Positions 8,906 to 18,018 of a stretch of 64,000 nt of DNA are shown here, in pieces. The notes beneath the pieces were generated by a model. It was not told the origin of the DNA. It worked only from the letters and a program-made list of their open reading frames with translations, and searched no databases. The DNA lies in NCBI GenBank assembly GCA_022565155.1, contig JADFKB010000002.1:5955-69954 (forward strand), given 5' to 3'. The translations under genes and the position numbers were made by a program. The stretch comes from Chloroflexota bacterium (lineage in GTDB: Bacteria > Chloroflexota > Dehalococcoidia > DSTF01 > RBG-16-68-14). How positions within the stretch are numbered: the first letter of the stretch is position 1; each line of letters begins with the position of its first letter.

Positions 8906-10096
8906 ATGCCGGAGCTGCTGTCGCTCGCCCTCTTTGAACGCACCAGCCGCACGCTGGTCGTGAAACGCAAGGACGGCCACCAACCGTTCGCTGGGGCGTG
9001 GCTGCTGCCCGCCGCCGTCGTCGGCAGCGAGGAGTCGGCGGAAGAGGCGTTGGAGCGGCATACCCGTCGCGAGCTGGGCGTCGAGCTGGGCGAGTTGGAG
9101 TTCGCGGAGACGCTCTATCTGGAAGACACGACGCAAGCCGAGCGCTATGTCGTCAACATCTTCAAAGTGCTCGATCACGAGGGTGATCTGCGTTTTCGCG
9201 CAGCCGGCGACTACGACGACGCTCGCTGGCTCAGCGGCGATGAGCTGGCCGGGGTCGGTATCGCGCCTGCGCTGCTCGATTGGCTCCAGGCAGGCCGGCA
9301 TGAGGTGGCGCTGCCCACCGGCCCCGTCCCGGCGCCGGCGGGCGGCGCGACGCCGGACAACCGCCAGGGCTGGAACGCGATCTCGCGGGCGTATCAGGAG
9401 CAGTACCAGATTTCGACCGATAGCCTGGTCTATGGCCCGCGCTGCCCTGACGAATCGGAGCTGCAACTGTTGGGCGACGTCGATGGCCTGCGAGTTGTCG
9501 TCGTCGGCTGTGGCGGCGGGCAGGACTGCATCGTTCTGGCGAAGCAGGGGGCGCAGGTGATCGGCATCGACCTCTCGGACAAGCAGATCGAGTACGGCCG
9601 CCGCCTCGCCGAGCGCGAGCGCGTGGAGGTGACGCTACTGCAGGGCAACGCCGAGGAGCTTATCGGCATTGAGGACGAGAGCCAGGACCTGGCGATCTCC
9701 CTGCACGCGCTGGGCTACGTGGAGCGCATCGACCGCGCGTTCGCCGAGGCGTACCGCGTATTGCGGAGCGACTCAGCGTTTGTGTTCAGTGTGCATCACC
9801 CGTTCTTCGCCTCGCTGGAGGGCGGGCCACCGTACGGCGCGGTGAAGAGCTACTGGCAGCGGGAGCAGGACTGGCAGTGGGACTTCCCGGAGAAGAGCGT
9901 CTCGGCGCGGCTGCGTTCGTGGTACCGGCCGGTGAGCGAATGGTGCTCGCTGCTCACGGATGCCGGCTTCCGCATCGAGCGGCTGCTGGAGCCGCCGCCT
10001 GTGGAAGGCGGCGCGATACCGTGGGACAAGGGCTACAACCTGGAGAAGATGCGCCTGATCCCCGCGACGCTGATCGTAAAGGCGGTGAAGCCGTGA
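8906..10096 (+). CDS. fusion protein: N-terminal NUDIX-like hydrolase domain and C-terminal class I SAM-dependent methyltransferase
   Basis: Degenerate Nudix box GSEESAEEALERHTRRELGVELGE. Methyltransferase motifs VVVGCGGGQD, IGIDLS, DLAIS and LRSDSAFVFSV. Confidence 0.7.
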   Translation: MPELLSLALFERTSRTLVVKRKDGHQPFAGAWLLPAAVVGSEESAEEALERHTRRELGVELGELEFAETLYLEDTTQAERYVVNIFKVLDHEGDLRFRAAGDYDDARWLSGDELAGVGIAPALLDWLQAGRHEVALPTGPVPAPAGGATPDNRQGWNAISRAYQEQYQISTDSLVYGPRCPDESELQLLGDVDGLRVVVVGCGGGQDCIVLAKQGAQVIGIDLSDKQIEYGRRLAERERVEVTLLQGNAEELIGIEDESQDLAISLHALGYVERIDRAFAEAYRVLRSDSAFVFSVHHPFFASLEGGPPYGAVKSYWQREQDWQWDFPEKSVSARLRSWYRPVSEWCSLLTDAGFRIERLLEPPPVEGGAIPWDKGYNLEKMRLIPATLIVKAVKP

Positions 10097-10357
10097 GGGT
10101 GCATGTTCAGGCAATAACCCACGCTGTAGGTCGGGGTCTTCAGACCCTGACAAGGGCCGAGCTTTCCCGCCGCAGGCGGGTCCGCCTCTGGCGGAAGCTC
10201 AACCTCTACAGAGACAGAGGAACGGCAGGGTGTTTTCGGACAATAACCCAAACGGAGGAACGGGGGAATAACCCATGCTGTAGGCCGGGGTCTTCAGACC
10301 CCGACAAGAAGCCAGCGAGGGGTGGAAACCCTTTGCCTAAAGGAGTGGTAGAGAACC
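10097..10357. repeat. REP-like intergenic repeat cluster: two copies of an about 42 bp hairpin unit plus a CCCGCC-N-GGCGGG hairpin
   Basis: aataacccacgctgtaggtcggggtcttcagaccctgacaag at 10112 and aataacccatgctgtaggccggggtcttcagaccccgacaag at 10262. The hairpin gagctttcccgccgcaggcgggtccgcctctggcggaagctc is at 10150-10200. Confidence 0.55.
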
Positions 10358-10921
10358 GTGATCCTGCTGATCGATAACTACGATAGCTTTACCTACAACC
10401 TCTACCAGTACCTGAGCGAGCTGGGGGCGGAGGTGCATACCATCCGCAACGATCAGGCGTCGGCTGCGGAGGTCGAAGCGCTCTCGCCGGAACGGGTCGT
10501 GATCTCGCCGGGGCCCCGCACGCCCAACGAGGCCGGCATCAGCGTCGAGGTCGTCGAGCGGATGGCCGGCCGCGTGCCGATTCTCGGCGTCTGCCTGGGG
10601 CACGAATGCATCGCCGTCGCGTTCGGCGGCGAGATAGCGGGCGCGGGCGAGATCATGCACGGTAAGAGCAGCGCGATTTCGCACGACGGCAAGGGCGTCC
10701 TGCGCGGCCTGCCCGATCCGTTCGACGCGATCCGGTACCACTCGCTGGCCGTGGTGCCGGAGAGCGTGCCGGAGAGCCTGGAGGTGACGGCGCATAGCGA
10801 CAGCGGCGTGATCATGGGCATCCGTCACCGCGAGTACGCCATCGAGGGGATCCAGTTCCATCCGGAGAGCATCATGACCTCCGTGGGGAAGCAGATACTC
10901 CAGAACTTCCTGGAGATGTGA
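10358..10921 (+). CDS. trpG: anthranilate synthase component II (glutamine amidotransferase)
   Basis: Class I glutamine amidotransferase with GVCLGHE catalytic Cys and a C-terminal HPES motif. Confidence 0.9.
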   Translation: MILLIDNYDSFTYNLYQYLSELGAEVHTIRNDQASAAEVEALSPERVVISPGPRTPNEAGISVEVVERMAGRVPILGVCLGHECIAVAFGGEIAGAGEIMHGKSSAISHDGKGVLRGLPDPFDAIRYHSLAVVPESVPESLEVTAHSDSGVIMGIRHREYAIEGIQFHPESIMTSVGKQILQNFLEM

Positions 10922-10987
10922 CGGTTTGCGTGGAGTGTGCAGTACACTCATGTTGATGTACCAGCATTCGTACAAGGACTTTAATCG

Positions 10988-12001
10988 ATGATCCGTGACG
11001 CTATCGCCAAGCTCGTCGACGGCCACGACCTCACCGAAGAGGAAGCTGCCGGCTGTATGGAGCAGATCATGGCGGCAGAGGCGACGCCGGCCCAGTTCGG
11101 CGCGTTCGTCGTCGCGCTGCGGCTGAAGGGCGAGACGGTGGACGAGATCACGGGCATGGCGCGCGTGATGCGTGAGAAGTCGCTCCACGTCGAGGTCGAT
11201 GGCCCGCTGCTGGACACCTGCGGCACCGGCGGCAGCGGCAAGAGCGTCTTCAACGTCAGCACCGCCGCGGCCTTCGTCGCCGCCGGCGCGGGCGTCCGCG
11301 TCGCCAAACATGGCAACCGGGCGATGACCAGCGCCTGCGGCAGCGCCGACGTGCTGGAGGCGCTGGGTGGCAAGATCGATCTGCCGCCGGCAGGCGTGCA
11401 GGCGAGCATCGAGCAGGCCGGCTTCGGCTTCATGTTCGCGCAGGCGTTCCACCCGGCGATGAAGTTCGCCGGCGGGCTGCGGCGCGAGATTGGCGTGCGC
11501 ACCGTCTTCAACATCCTCGGGCCGTTGACCAACCCGGCGGGCGCGGAGGCGCAGGTGCTTGGTGTCAGCGACGTGGCGCTGGCCGAGAAGATGGCGCAGG
11601 TGCTGCTACGCCTGCACACGAAGCACGCGCTGGTCGTCTCCAGCGAAGACGGACTCGACGAGGTGGGCGTGAGCGCGAACACGCGGGTCTACGAGGTGAA
11701 ACAAGGCGCATTCGAGCGCTATATGCTGAATCCTGCCGGCCTCGGCCTCGCGACGCACCCGCTGGAAGAGCTGCGCGGCGGCTCGGCAGAGGAGAACGCC
11801 GCGACGATGCGCCGCGTGCTGGGCGGCGAGGCCGGTGCGCTGCGCGATTTCACGCTGATCAACGCCGCCGCCGCGTTCGTCGCCGCCGACTTAGCAGATG
11901 ACATCACCGCCGGGCTGAAACTGGCGGCGGGGTCTATCGATAGCGGCGCGGCGCTGGAGAAGCTGGAGTCGTGGGTGAAGGTGTCGAATGAGGTGGGGTA
12001 G
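10988..12001 (+). CDS. trpD: anthranilate phosphoribosyltransferase
   Basis: GTGGSGKSVFNVST and KHGNRA motifs. 337 aa. Confidence 0.9.
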   Translation: MIRDAIAKLVDGHDLTEEEAAGCMEQIMAAEATPAQFGAFVVALRLKGETVDEITGMARVMREKSLHVEVDGPLLDTCGTGGSGKSVFNVSTAAAFVAAGAGVRVAKHGNRAMTSACGSADVLEALGGKIDLPPAGVQASIEQAGFGFMFAQAFHPAMKFAGGLRREIGVRTVFNILGPLTNPAGAEAQVLGVSDVALAEKMAQVLLRLHTKHALVVSSEDGLDEVGVSANTRVYEVKQGAFERYMLNPAGLGLATHPLEELRGGSAEENAATMRRVLGGEAGALRDFTLINAAAAFVAADLADDITAGLKLAAGSIDSGAALEKLESWVKVSNEVG

Positions 12002-12028
12002 CAGTATGCAGATGGGAGAGGCGGTGTC

Positions 12029-13015
12029 ATGCAGGAATTAGGGACATTAGAACGGATCGACGCCCGGAAAGTTTGGACGAACGAGGCTCACGATTTCACA
12101 CCGTGGTTAGAAAAAAATATTTCGTTGCTGGGTGCGGCGCTGCAACTCGACCTAGATCTGGTTGAGTCAGAAGTCAGGGTTGGACCGTTCGCCGCAGATC
12201 TTGTGGCGAAAGACGTATCCAATGACAGGTGGGTCGTCATCGAAAACCAGCTAGAAGCGACTGACCACAGTCACCTAGGGCAGCTTCTGACCTATGGAGC
12301 CGGGCTTGACAATGAGGCGGCGGTCTTTGTCTGGATCAGCCCAGAGTTTCGCGACGAACATCGCGCAGCGTTGGATTGGCTCAATGAACACTCGGATGAA
12401 GAGTCGCTCTTTTTTGGCGTCGTGATCGAGTTGCTAAAGATTGACGACTCGCCGCCTGCTCCCAACTTCAGGCTCGTTTCATACCCGAATGACTGGAAGA
12501 AGAGCGGTGGAAGCGCGAGGCCTGCGATGTCGCAGAAGGGCGCGGCGTATAAGCAGTTCTTTGGCGGCCTCCTGAGCCGCTTTAAGGAACGCTATCCAGG
12601 CGAAACGAACGTCGCGACAGCTTCCCCTCAGAACTGGCTCAACCTTAGCATCGGCAAGAGTGGTTTCTTAACGAATTGGAGCTTCACCGGCGACAATCGC
12701 TTCCGTGTGGAGATCTCCATTGATACAGGTGAGGCCGAAATCAATTTAGCGTACTTCCAGCAGTTGCGCCGCAGCAGCGCGGCGATCGAGGAGAAAATCG
12801 GTCACGCTCTGGATTGGGACGAAGTAGAAGGAAAGCGGGTGTGTAGAGTGCACTCCTATTACGACAAGCCGGGTTCGATTTCCAGCAGCGATGAAGAACT
12901 ACGCGCGCTGGAGGAGTGGGCGATAGATGAGATGAAGACGTTTCGAGATGCTCTCCGTCCGGCGATTCAGCAATTGCCGTCCAACGTCTCGCTAAACGAG
13001 ACGGAATCGCCATGA
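12029..13015 (+). CDS. uncharacterised PD-(D/E)XK nuclease-like protein (NucS/DUF91-like N-terminal motif); lower-GC insert
   Basis: GPFAADLVAKDVSNDRWVVIENQLEATDHSHLGQLLTYGAG fits the D...(D/E)x(K/Q)...QxxxY nuclease core. GC by eye is about 52-55% against about 68% in the flanks. The gene overlaps trpC by 4 bp. Confidence 0.55.
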   Translation: MQELGTLERIDARKVWTNEAHDFTPWLEKNISLLGAALQLDLDLVESEVRVGPFAADLVAKDVSNDRWVVIENQLEATDHSHLGQLLTYGAGLDNEAAVFVWISPEFRDEHRAALDWLNEHSDEESLFFGVVIELLKIDDSPPAPNFRLVSYPNDWKKSGGSARPAMSQKGAAYKQFFGGLLSRFKERYPGETNVATASPQNWLNLSIGKSGFLTNWSFTGDNRFRVEISIDTGEAEINLAYFQQLRRSSAAIEEKIGHALDWDEVEGKRVCRVHSYYDKPGSISSSDEELRALEEWAIDEMKTFRDALRPAIQQLPSNVSLNETESP

Positions 13016-13854
13016 CTGACACTACTGAAACCGGCACGATCCTCGACCGCATCGTTGCCGACAAGCGCGAGGAGTTGGAGAAGCGACAGCGCGAGGAGCC
13101 GATCGACGCGCTCCAGCGGCGCATCCGCGAGCTGGACGAGCAGTGGAGCCTGGCCGAGGCGATCCTCGAGGGCCCGCGCGGCCCGCACGCCGGCGGCAAG
13201 CGTGTCCAGCTCATCGCCGAGATCAAGAAGGCCTCGCCTTCGAAGGGGAGGCTCGTCGCGGAGCTGGAGCACCGGTCGCTCGCCCGTACGTATACCATAG
13301 GAGGCGCTGCTGGCATCTCCGTCGTTACGGAGCGCAAGCACTTCCTGGGCGAGGTGCAGTTCATGCTGGACGTAAGAATGGTGCTTAAGGGCTACTACCC
13401 CGGCGGCCGGCCATCGATCCTGCGCAAGGACTTTCTTTTCGACCCCTACCACCTTTGGGAAGCGCGGGCCTACGGGGCCGACGCGGTCCTGCTCATCGCC
13501 GCGATTCTTGAGGGCAGCCAACTGCGCGACCTGATCGACCAGGCGCGGGAGCTGGATATGGAATCACTGATCGAAGTGCACGATGAAGCGCAGGTGGAGC
13601 GCGCTGTCGAGGCCGGCGCGGACCTGATCGGCATCAACAACCGCGATCTGCGCACGTTCAACGTCGACCTGGCGACGACAGAGCGGCTGCGTCCGCAGAT
13701 TCCCGACGACAAGGTCGTCATCAGCGAGAGCGGCATCTCCACCACCGCTGACGTCGAGCGGCTGGCCGACTGTGGGGTGCATGCGGTGTTGGTCGGAGAG
13801 GCGCTGATCACGGCCAGTCATGTTCGCGAGAAAATGAGCGAGGTGCTGTTGTGA
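13012..13854 (+). CDS. trpC: indole-3-glycerol phosphate synthase
   Basis: IAEIKKASPSKG, ISVVTE and GINNRDL motifs. Confidence 0.9.
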   Translation: MTDTTETGTILDRIVADKREELEKRQREEPIDALQRRIRELDEQWSLAEAILEGPRGPHAGGKRVQLIAEIKKASPSKGRLVAELEHRSLARTYTIGGAAGISVVTERKHFLGEVQFMLDVRMVLKGYYPGGRPSILRKDFLFDPYHLWEARAYGADAVLLIAAILEGSQLRDLIDQARELDMESLIEVHDEAQVERAVEAGADLIGINNRDLRTFNVDLATTERLRPQIPDDKVVISESGISTTADVERLADCGVHAVLVGEALITASHVREKMSEVLL

Positions 13855-14567
13855 CGAAGGTGAAGATCTGCGGCTGCATGCGCGTGCAGGACGCGATGGC
13901 GGCGAAAAAGGCCGGCGCGGAGTTCGTCGGCCTCGTCTTCGCGCCCAGCAGCCGGCGCAAGCTCTCGGTCGAACGGGCACAGGCGATCGTCGTGGCGCTG
14001 GCCGACGGCGAACGTAGGCAGCCGCGGCCGCCGCTCGTGTCGGTCAGCGGGGACGATAACATCGAAACCTGGTTTCAGCACGGCGCGGAGGCGTTGGAAC
14101 GCATCCTGGCGCGCAGGCGGCCGCTGACAGTTGGAGTGTTCGAGGATCAGCCGCTGGAGGAGATAAACTCGATCGCAGAGGCCTGTGGCCTGGACATGGT
14201 GCAACTGAGCGGCCATGAATCGTGGGCCGATTGCGTACTGGCCAATCGACAGGTCGTCAAGACGGTGGAGACACCGGCAGGCATCGCCGCCGAGGATGTT
14301 ATGGATGGCATGGAGACTGGTACGGCTATCGCCTGTCTGTTAGACGGCAGCCGTGGCCAGGGACAGCCAGTCAACCTTGAAGTCGCCGCGGCTATCGCCG
14401 CAGAACTGCCGGTTTGGCTGGCCGGAGGCCTGACGCCGGAGAACGTATCGGCCACCATACGGCGGGTGCAGCCCTGGGCAGTCGACGTCTCGAGCGGCGT
14501 GGAGACGGACGGCGTCAAGGACGCGAAGAAGATCCACGCCTTCGTCTCGGCGGCGAAGGGGCAGTAG
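13851..14567 (+). CDS. trpF: phosphoribosylanthranilate isomerase
   Basis: MTKVKICG N-terminus and GLVF motif. GTG start overlaps the trpC stop. Confidence 0.85.
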   Translation: MTKVKICGCMRVQDAMAAKKAGAEFVGLVFAPSSRRKLSVERAQAIVVALADGERRQPRPPLVSVSGDDNIETWFQHGAEALERILARRRPLTVGVFEDQPLEEINSIAEACGLDMVQLSGHESWADCVLANRQVVKTVETPAGIAAEDVMDGMETGTAIACLLDGSRGQGQPVNLEVAAAIAAELPVWLAGGLTPENVSATIRRVQPWAVDVSSGVETDGVKDAKKIHAFVSAAKGQ

Positions 14568-14568
14568 C

Positions 14569-15795
14569 GTGATGGCTACCGCCCGCCCTGACGAACGCGG
14601 CCGTTACGGCGCATTTGGCGGCCAATTCGTGCCGGAGACGCTGATGACGGCGCTCGGCGAGCTGGAGCGCGCCTTCGCCGAGGCGCAGGACGACGCCTCG
14701 TTCCAAGAGGAGCTGGCCGCTTTGCTGCGCGACTTCGTCGGCAGGCCGACGCCGCTCTATCTGGCGGCGAACCTCTCGAAGCGGCTGAGCGGCACGCAGG
14801 CGAACGGTAGCCCGCGCGTGCGCATCTATCTCAAGCGCGAAGACCTGGCTCACACCGGCGCCCACAAGATCAACAACGCAGTCGCCCAGGGCCTGCTGGC
14901 ACGCCGGCTGGGCAAGAACCGCATCATCGCGGAGACGGGCGCTGGCCAGCACGGCGTGGCGGCGGCGACCGTCTGCGCCATGTTCGGCCAGGAGTGCATC
15001 GTCTACATGGGTGCGGAGGACGTCCAGCGGCAGGCGCTGAACGTCTTTCGGATGAAGCTACTGGGAGCGGAGGTGCGCATCGTCGACAGCGGCAGCCGCA
15101 CGCTGAAGGACGCGATCAACGAGGCGATCCGCGATTGGGTGACGAACGTTGAGACGACACACTACCTGCTGGGCAGCGCCGTTGGCCCGCACCCCTATCC
15201 GTTGATGGTGCGCGAGTTCCAGTCTGTCATCGGCAGCGAGGCGCGCGAGCAGATCATGGCCGTGGAAGGCCGGCTGCCCGACTACGCCGTCGCCTGCGTC
15301 GGCGGCGGCTCGAACGCGATCGGACTCTTCCATCCGTTCTACGACGACGAGGCCGTTCGCTTCATCGGCGTTGAGGCCGCGGGCGATGGCATCGAGACGA
15401 ATCGCCACGCAGCGCCGCTAGCGGCCGGACGGCCGGGGGTGCTGCATGGGGCGTACTCGTTCCTGATGCAGGATGAGGGAGGCCAGATCGAGGAGGCGCA
15501 CAGCATCTCGGCCGGCCTCGACTACCCGGGCGTGGGGCCGGAGCACTCCTTCTACAAAGAGAGCGGCCGCGCGGAGTACGCGAGCGCAACCGACGACGAG
15601 GCGCTGGCGGCGTTCCGGCTGCTGAGCGAGACGGAGGGGATCATTCCGGCGCTGGAGCCGGCCCACGCACTGGCACACGTGGCGAAGCTGGTACGGGATA
15701 TACCGGACGATTCTATCGTGCTCGTAGGCCTGTCCGGCCGCGGTGATAAGGACATGGAGATCGTGGCTGGCGCACTCGGCGTCCAGTTAACGTAG
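14569..15795 (+). CDS. trpB: tryptophan synthase beta chain
   Basis: PLP-lysine motif HTGAHKINN and GAGQHG. Confidence 0.92.
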   Translation: MMATARPDERGRYGAFGGQFVPETLMTALGELERAFAEAQDDASFQEELAALLRDFVGRPTPLYLAANLSKRLSGTQANGSPRVRIYLKREDLAHTGAHKINNAVAQGLLARRLGKNRIIAETGAGQHGVAAATVCAMFGQECIVYMGAEDVQRQALNVFRMKLLGAEVRIVDSGSRTLKDAINEAIRDWVTNVETTHYLLGSAVGPHPYPLMVREFQSVIGSEAREQIMAVEGRLPDYAVACVGGGSNAIGLFHPFYDDEAVRFIGVEAAGDGIETNRHAAPLAAGRPGVLHGAYSFLMQDEGGQIEEAHSISAGLDYPGVGPEHSFYKESGRAEYASATDDEALAAFRLLSETEGIIPALEPAHALAHVAKLVRDIPDDSIVLVGLSGRGDKDMEIVAGALGVQLT

Positions 15796-15797
15796 TC

Positions 15798-16355
15798 GTG
15801 CAGACCGTGGACTTGCATTCCGATGACCAATCGGCGGTCGAACAGGCTGCGGCGCTGCTTGTCGATCTACTGCCGGAAGGCTGGTCAACCATGGAGTCGG
15901 CGCTGCGGGAGGTGGCGGAATCGTTGCCGGATGAGCGGATCAGCCGCATCGCCAGGGAAGGAGAAGAGGTGGTCGGCTGGGTGAGCGGGCAGGAGGCGTA
16001 TATCGGCCACACTTGGGAGCTGCACCCGCTGGTGGTGAAGCGCGAGCGCCACAGACAGGGCATCGGCCGCGCGCTCGTTGCCGACCTGGAGGAGCGCGTG
16101 CGCGAACGCGGCGGCCACACCGTCTACCTGGGTACCGACGACGAACGCGGCGAGACGAGCCTGGCGAACATCGAGCTTTACCCAGACCCGCTCGAGCACG
16201 CGGCGCGTATCACCAACCCCGGCGGCCACCCATACGAGTTCTACCAACACGTGGGGTACACTATCGTCGGTGTTCTGCCAGACGCCAACGGCTTCGGCCG
16301 GCCCGACATCTTCATGGCGAAGCGTATCGCGCCGCTCGCCGCGCCACAGACCTAG
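15798..16355 (+). CDS. GNAT acetyltransferase, AAC(6')-like
   Basis: RQGIGRALV and LGTDDE motifs, similar to aminoglycoside 6'-N-acetyltransferases. Confidence 0.65.
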   Translation: MQTVDLHSDDQSAVEQAAALLVDLLPEGWSTMESALREVAESLPDERISRIAREGEEVVGWVSGQEAYIGHTWELHPLVVKRERHRQGIGRALVADLEERVRERGGHTVYLGTDDERGETSLANIELYPDPLEHAARITNPGGHPYEFYQHVGYTIVGVLPDANGFGRPDIFMAKRIAPLAAPQT

Positions 16356-16364
16356 GAGGGCGTC

Positions 16365-17219
16365 ATCGAACCTGAATCTCGCTACTACAACTCCCAGCGG
16401 CTGAAGCTGCACTACGCCGTCTGGGGTGACGAATCGAAGCCGCCGCTGCTGCTGATCCACGGCGGCCGCGACCACGTCCGAAACTGGGACTACGTTGCGG
16501 AGGCGATGGTCGATGAGTACTGCGTCTACGCGCCGGACCTGCGCGGTCACGGCGACAGCGACTGGTCGATCGGCGGGCAGTACAGCATGACGGAGTTCGT
16601 GCTCGACGTCTCTGTGCTGGCCGATGTGCTCGACCGCGATCCGCTGACGATCATCGGCCACTCGCTGGGCGGCGGCGTCGCGCTCCAGTACGCCGGCGTT
16701 TGCCCGGAGCGGGTGGTGAAGGTCGTCTCGATTGAAGGGCTTGGCCCGCCGATGCAGCCACCACGCTCGGCGCACGAACGCATGAAGGAGTGGATCGGCC
16801 ACATGCGCCAGTTCGAGCAGCGCAAGCCGCGCCGCTACCCGTCGATCGACGCCGCCGTCACGCGGATGGAAGAAGAGAACCCGCACCTCTCGGAGGAGAT
16901 GGCGCGCCACCTCACCGTTCACGGCCTGCGCCAGAACGACGATGGCACCTACACCTGGAAGTTCGACAACTACGTGCGCATCCATTCGCCGTACCAGTTC
17001 AACATCGAGGACGCGCGCGACATTTGGAACCAGATCCGCTGTCCGGTGCTACTGGTGCGCGGAGATGAAAGCTGGGCGGGCGACCCGGAGAAAGACGGCC
17101 GCGCCAGCGCGTTTCACGACTACTGCTTGGTAACGATTAAGGATGCTGGCCACTGGGTGCACCACGACCGGCTAGAGGAGTTCCTAAAGGTTTCGCGGCG
17201 GTTCCTGCTGGGAGAGTAA
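16365..17219 (+). CDS. alpha/beta hydrolase fold protein (no canonical start codon in frame after the upstream stop)
   Basis: HGGRDH and GHSLGG nucleophile elbow. The homologous sequence begins right after the TAG at 16353, with an AGGAGG at 16354-16359 and then ATC at 16365. Confidence 0.65.
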   Translation: MEPESRYYNSQRLKLHYAVWGDESKPPLLLIHGGRDHVRNWDYVAEAMVDEYCVYAPDLRGHGDSDWSIGGQYSMTEFVLDVSVLADVLDRDPLTIIGHSLGGGVALQYAGVCPERVVKVVSIEGLGPPMQPPRSAHERMKEWIGHMRQFEQRKPRRYPSIDAAVTRMEEENPHLSEEMARHLTVHGLRQNDDGTYTWKFDNYVRIHSPYQFNIEDARDIWNQIRCPVLLVRGDESWAGDPEKDGRASAFHDYCLVTIKDAGHWVHHDRLEEFLKVSRRFLLGE

Positions 17220-17257
17220 GGCGGCTCGCGCTTCTAACGTAGGCGCGGGCCTTCACC

Positions 17258-17311
17258 TGCCCGCCGACAGGCGGGGACCCTCGCGAAGCCAGTCGGGGTC
17301 TAACGACCCCG
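17258..17311. terminator. pair of GC-rich hairpins between convergent genes (cccgccgacaggcggg and cggggtctaacgaccccg)
   Basis: Same hairpin families as at 10130, 10160, 10283 and 29133. Lies downstream of both the hydrolase (+) and DUF2064 (-) genes. Confidence 0.45.
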
Positions 17312-17313
17312 AT

Positions 17314-18018
17314 CTACGGTAGAGCCTTCACTGTTGCTTGGGGTTGTAGCTGGGGATCGAGCATGCGCAGCGTATGCTTCGGCGTCCAGCCTCTCGTAGC
17401 AAACTCGAGCGTCGCCAGGTCGGTGCGAAGACGCTGCAGATCCTCCGGCGTGTCCACGTCGTAGAGCGTGTCGAGCAAGCTGACGCGCAGCCCGGCCGCC
17501 TTCGCATGGCGCAGCGTCGACGATAGCACGGCGCTCGTCCCCCAATCGACGCCTTCGAACAGCCTGGGCTGCGGCGTCCGGCAGGCGAGCAGGTAGTAGC
17601 CGCCGTCGGCGCTGGGGCCGAGGCAGAGGTCGAGCGCGTCCAGCTCGCGCAGGGCTGCGCGCAGGTGGCTTGGTAGGAGAAGAGGCGCATCTGTGCCGAT
17701 CATGACCAGCGGTGCATGGCCCGCGCTCTCCACACGCTGTAGCGCCGCCAGCATCCGCTCGCCCAGGCCGATGCCTTCCTGGGGAATGACAATAGCCCGG
17801 CCTGCGAACTCGGCTGTCGCCCAGGCAACCGCCGAAGCAGGTGTGACAGCGAGATACACGGAGCCCAGGTCCGCCGCCAGCGAGACCTGTACCGCGTCGT
17901 TCAGGAACGCCTGCTGCAACCGAAGACAGGCTTCGGCTGAAAGCGCCGGACGCAGCCTCGTCTTACCCTCGCCCAGGCGAGGCGCGCGCGCCATGACGAT
18001 GACAGCAGGATTAGTCAT
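17314..18018 (-). CDS. DUF2064 / TIGR04282-family nucleotidyltransferase-like (putative glycosyltransferase) protein
   Basis: MTNPAVIVMARAPRLGEGKTRL N-terminus and a GIGLGERM motif. The ORF-track N-terminal extension runs into the upstream gene and is not believed. Confidence 0.7.
   Translation of the reverse strand: MTNPAVIVMARAPRLGEGKTRLRPALSAEACLRLQQAFLNDAVQVSLAADLGSVYLAVTPASAVAWATAEFAGRAIVIPQEGIGLGERMLAALQRVESAGHAPLVMIGTDAPLLLPSHLRAALRELDALDLCLGPSADGGYYLLACRTPQPRLFEGVDWGTSAVLSSTLRHAKAAGLRVSLLDTLYDVDTPEDLQRLRTDLATLEFATRGWTPKHTLRMLDPQLQPQATVKALP

Noticed and set aside
10337-11452. 371 aa minus-strand ORF across trpG and trpD
   Set aside because: Antisense to two well-supported trp genes. 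Low-complexity composition.
15885-16985. 366 aa minus-strand ORF overlapping GNAT and hydrolase genes
   Set aside because: Antisense to two motif-supported plus-strand genes.
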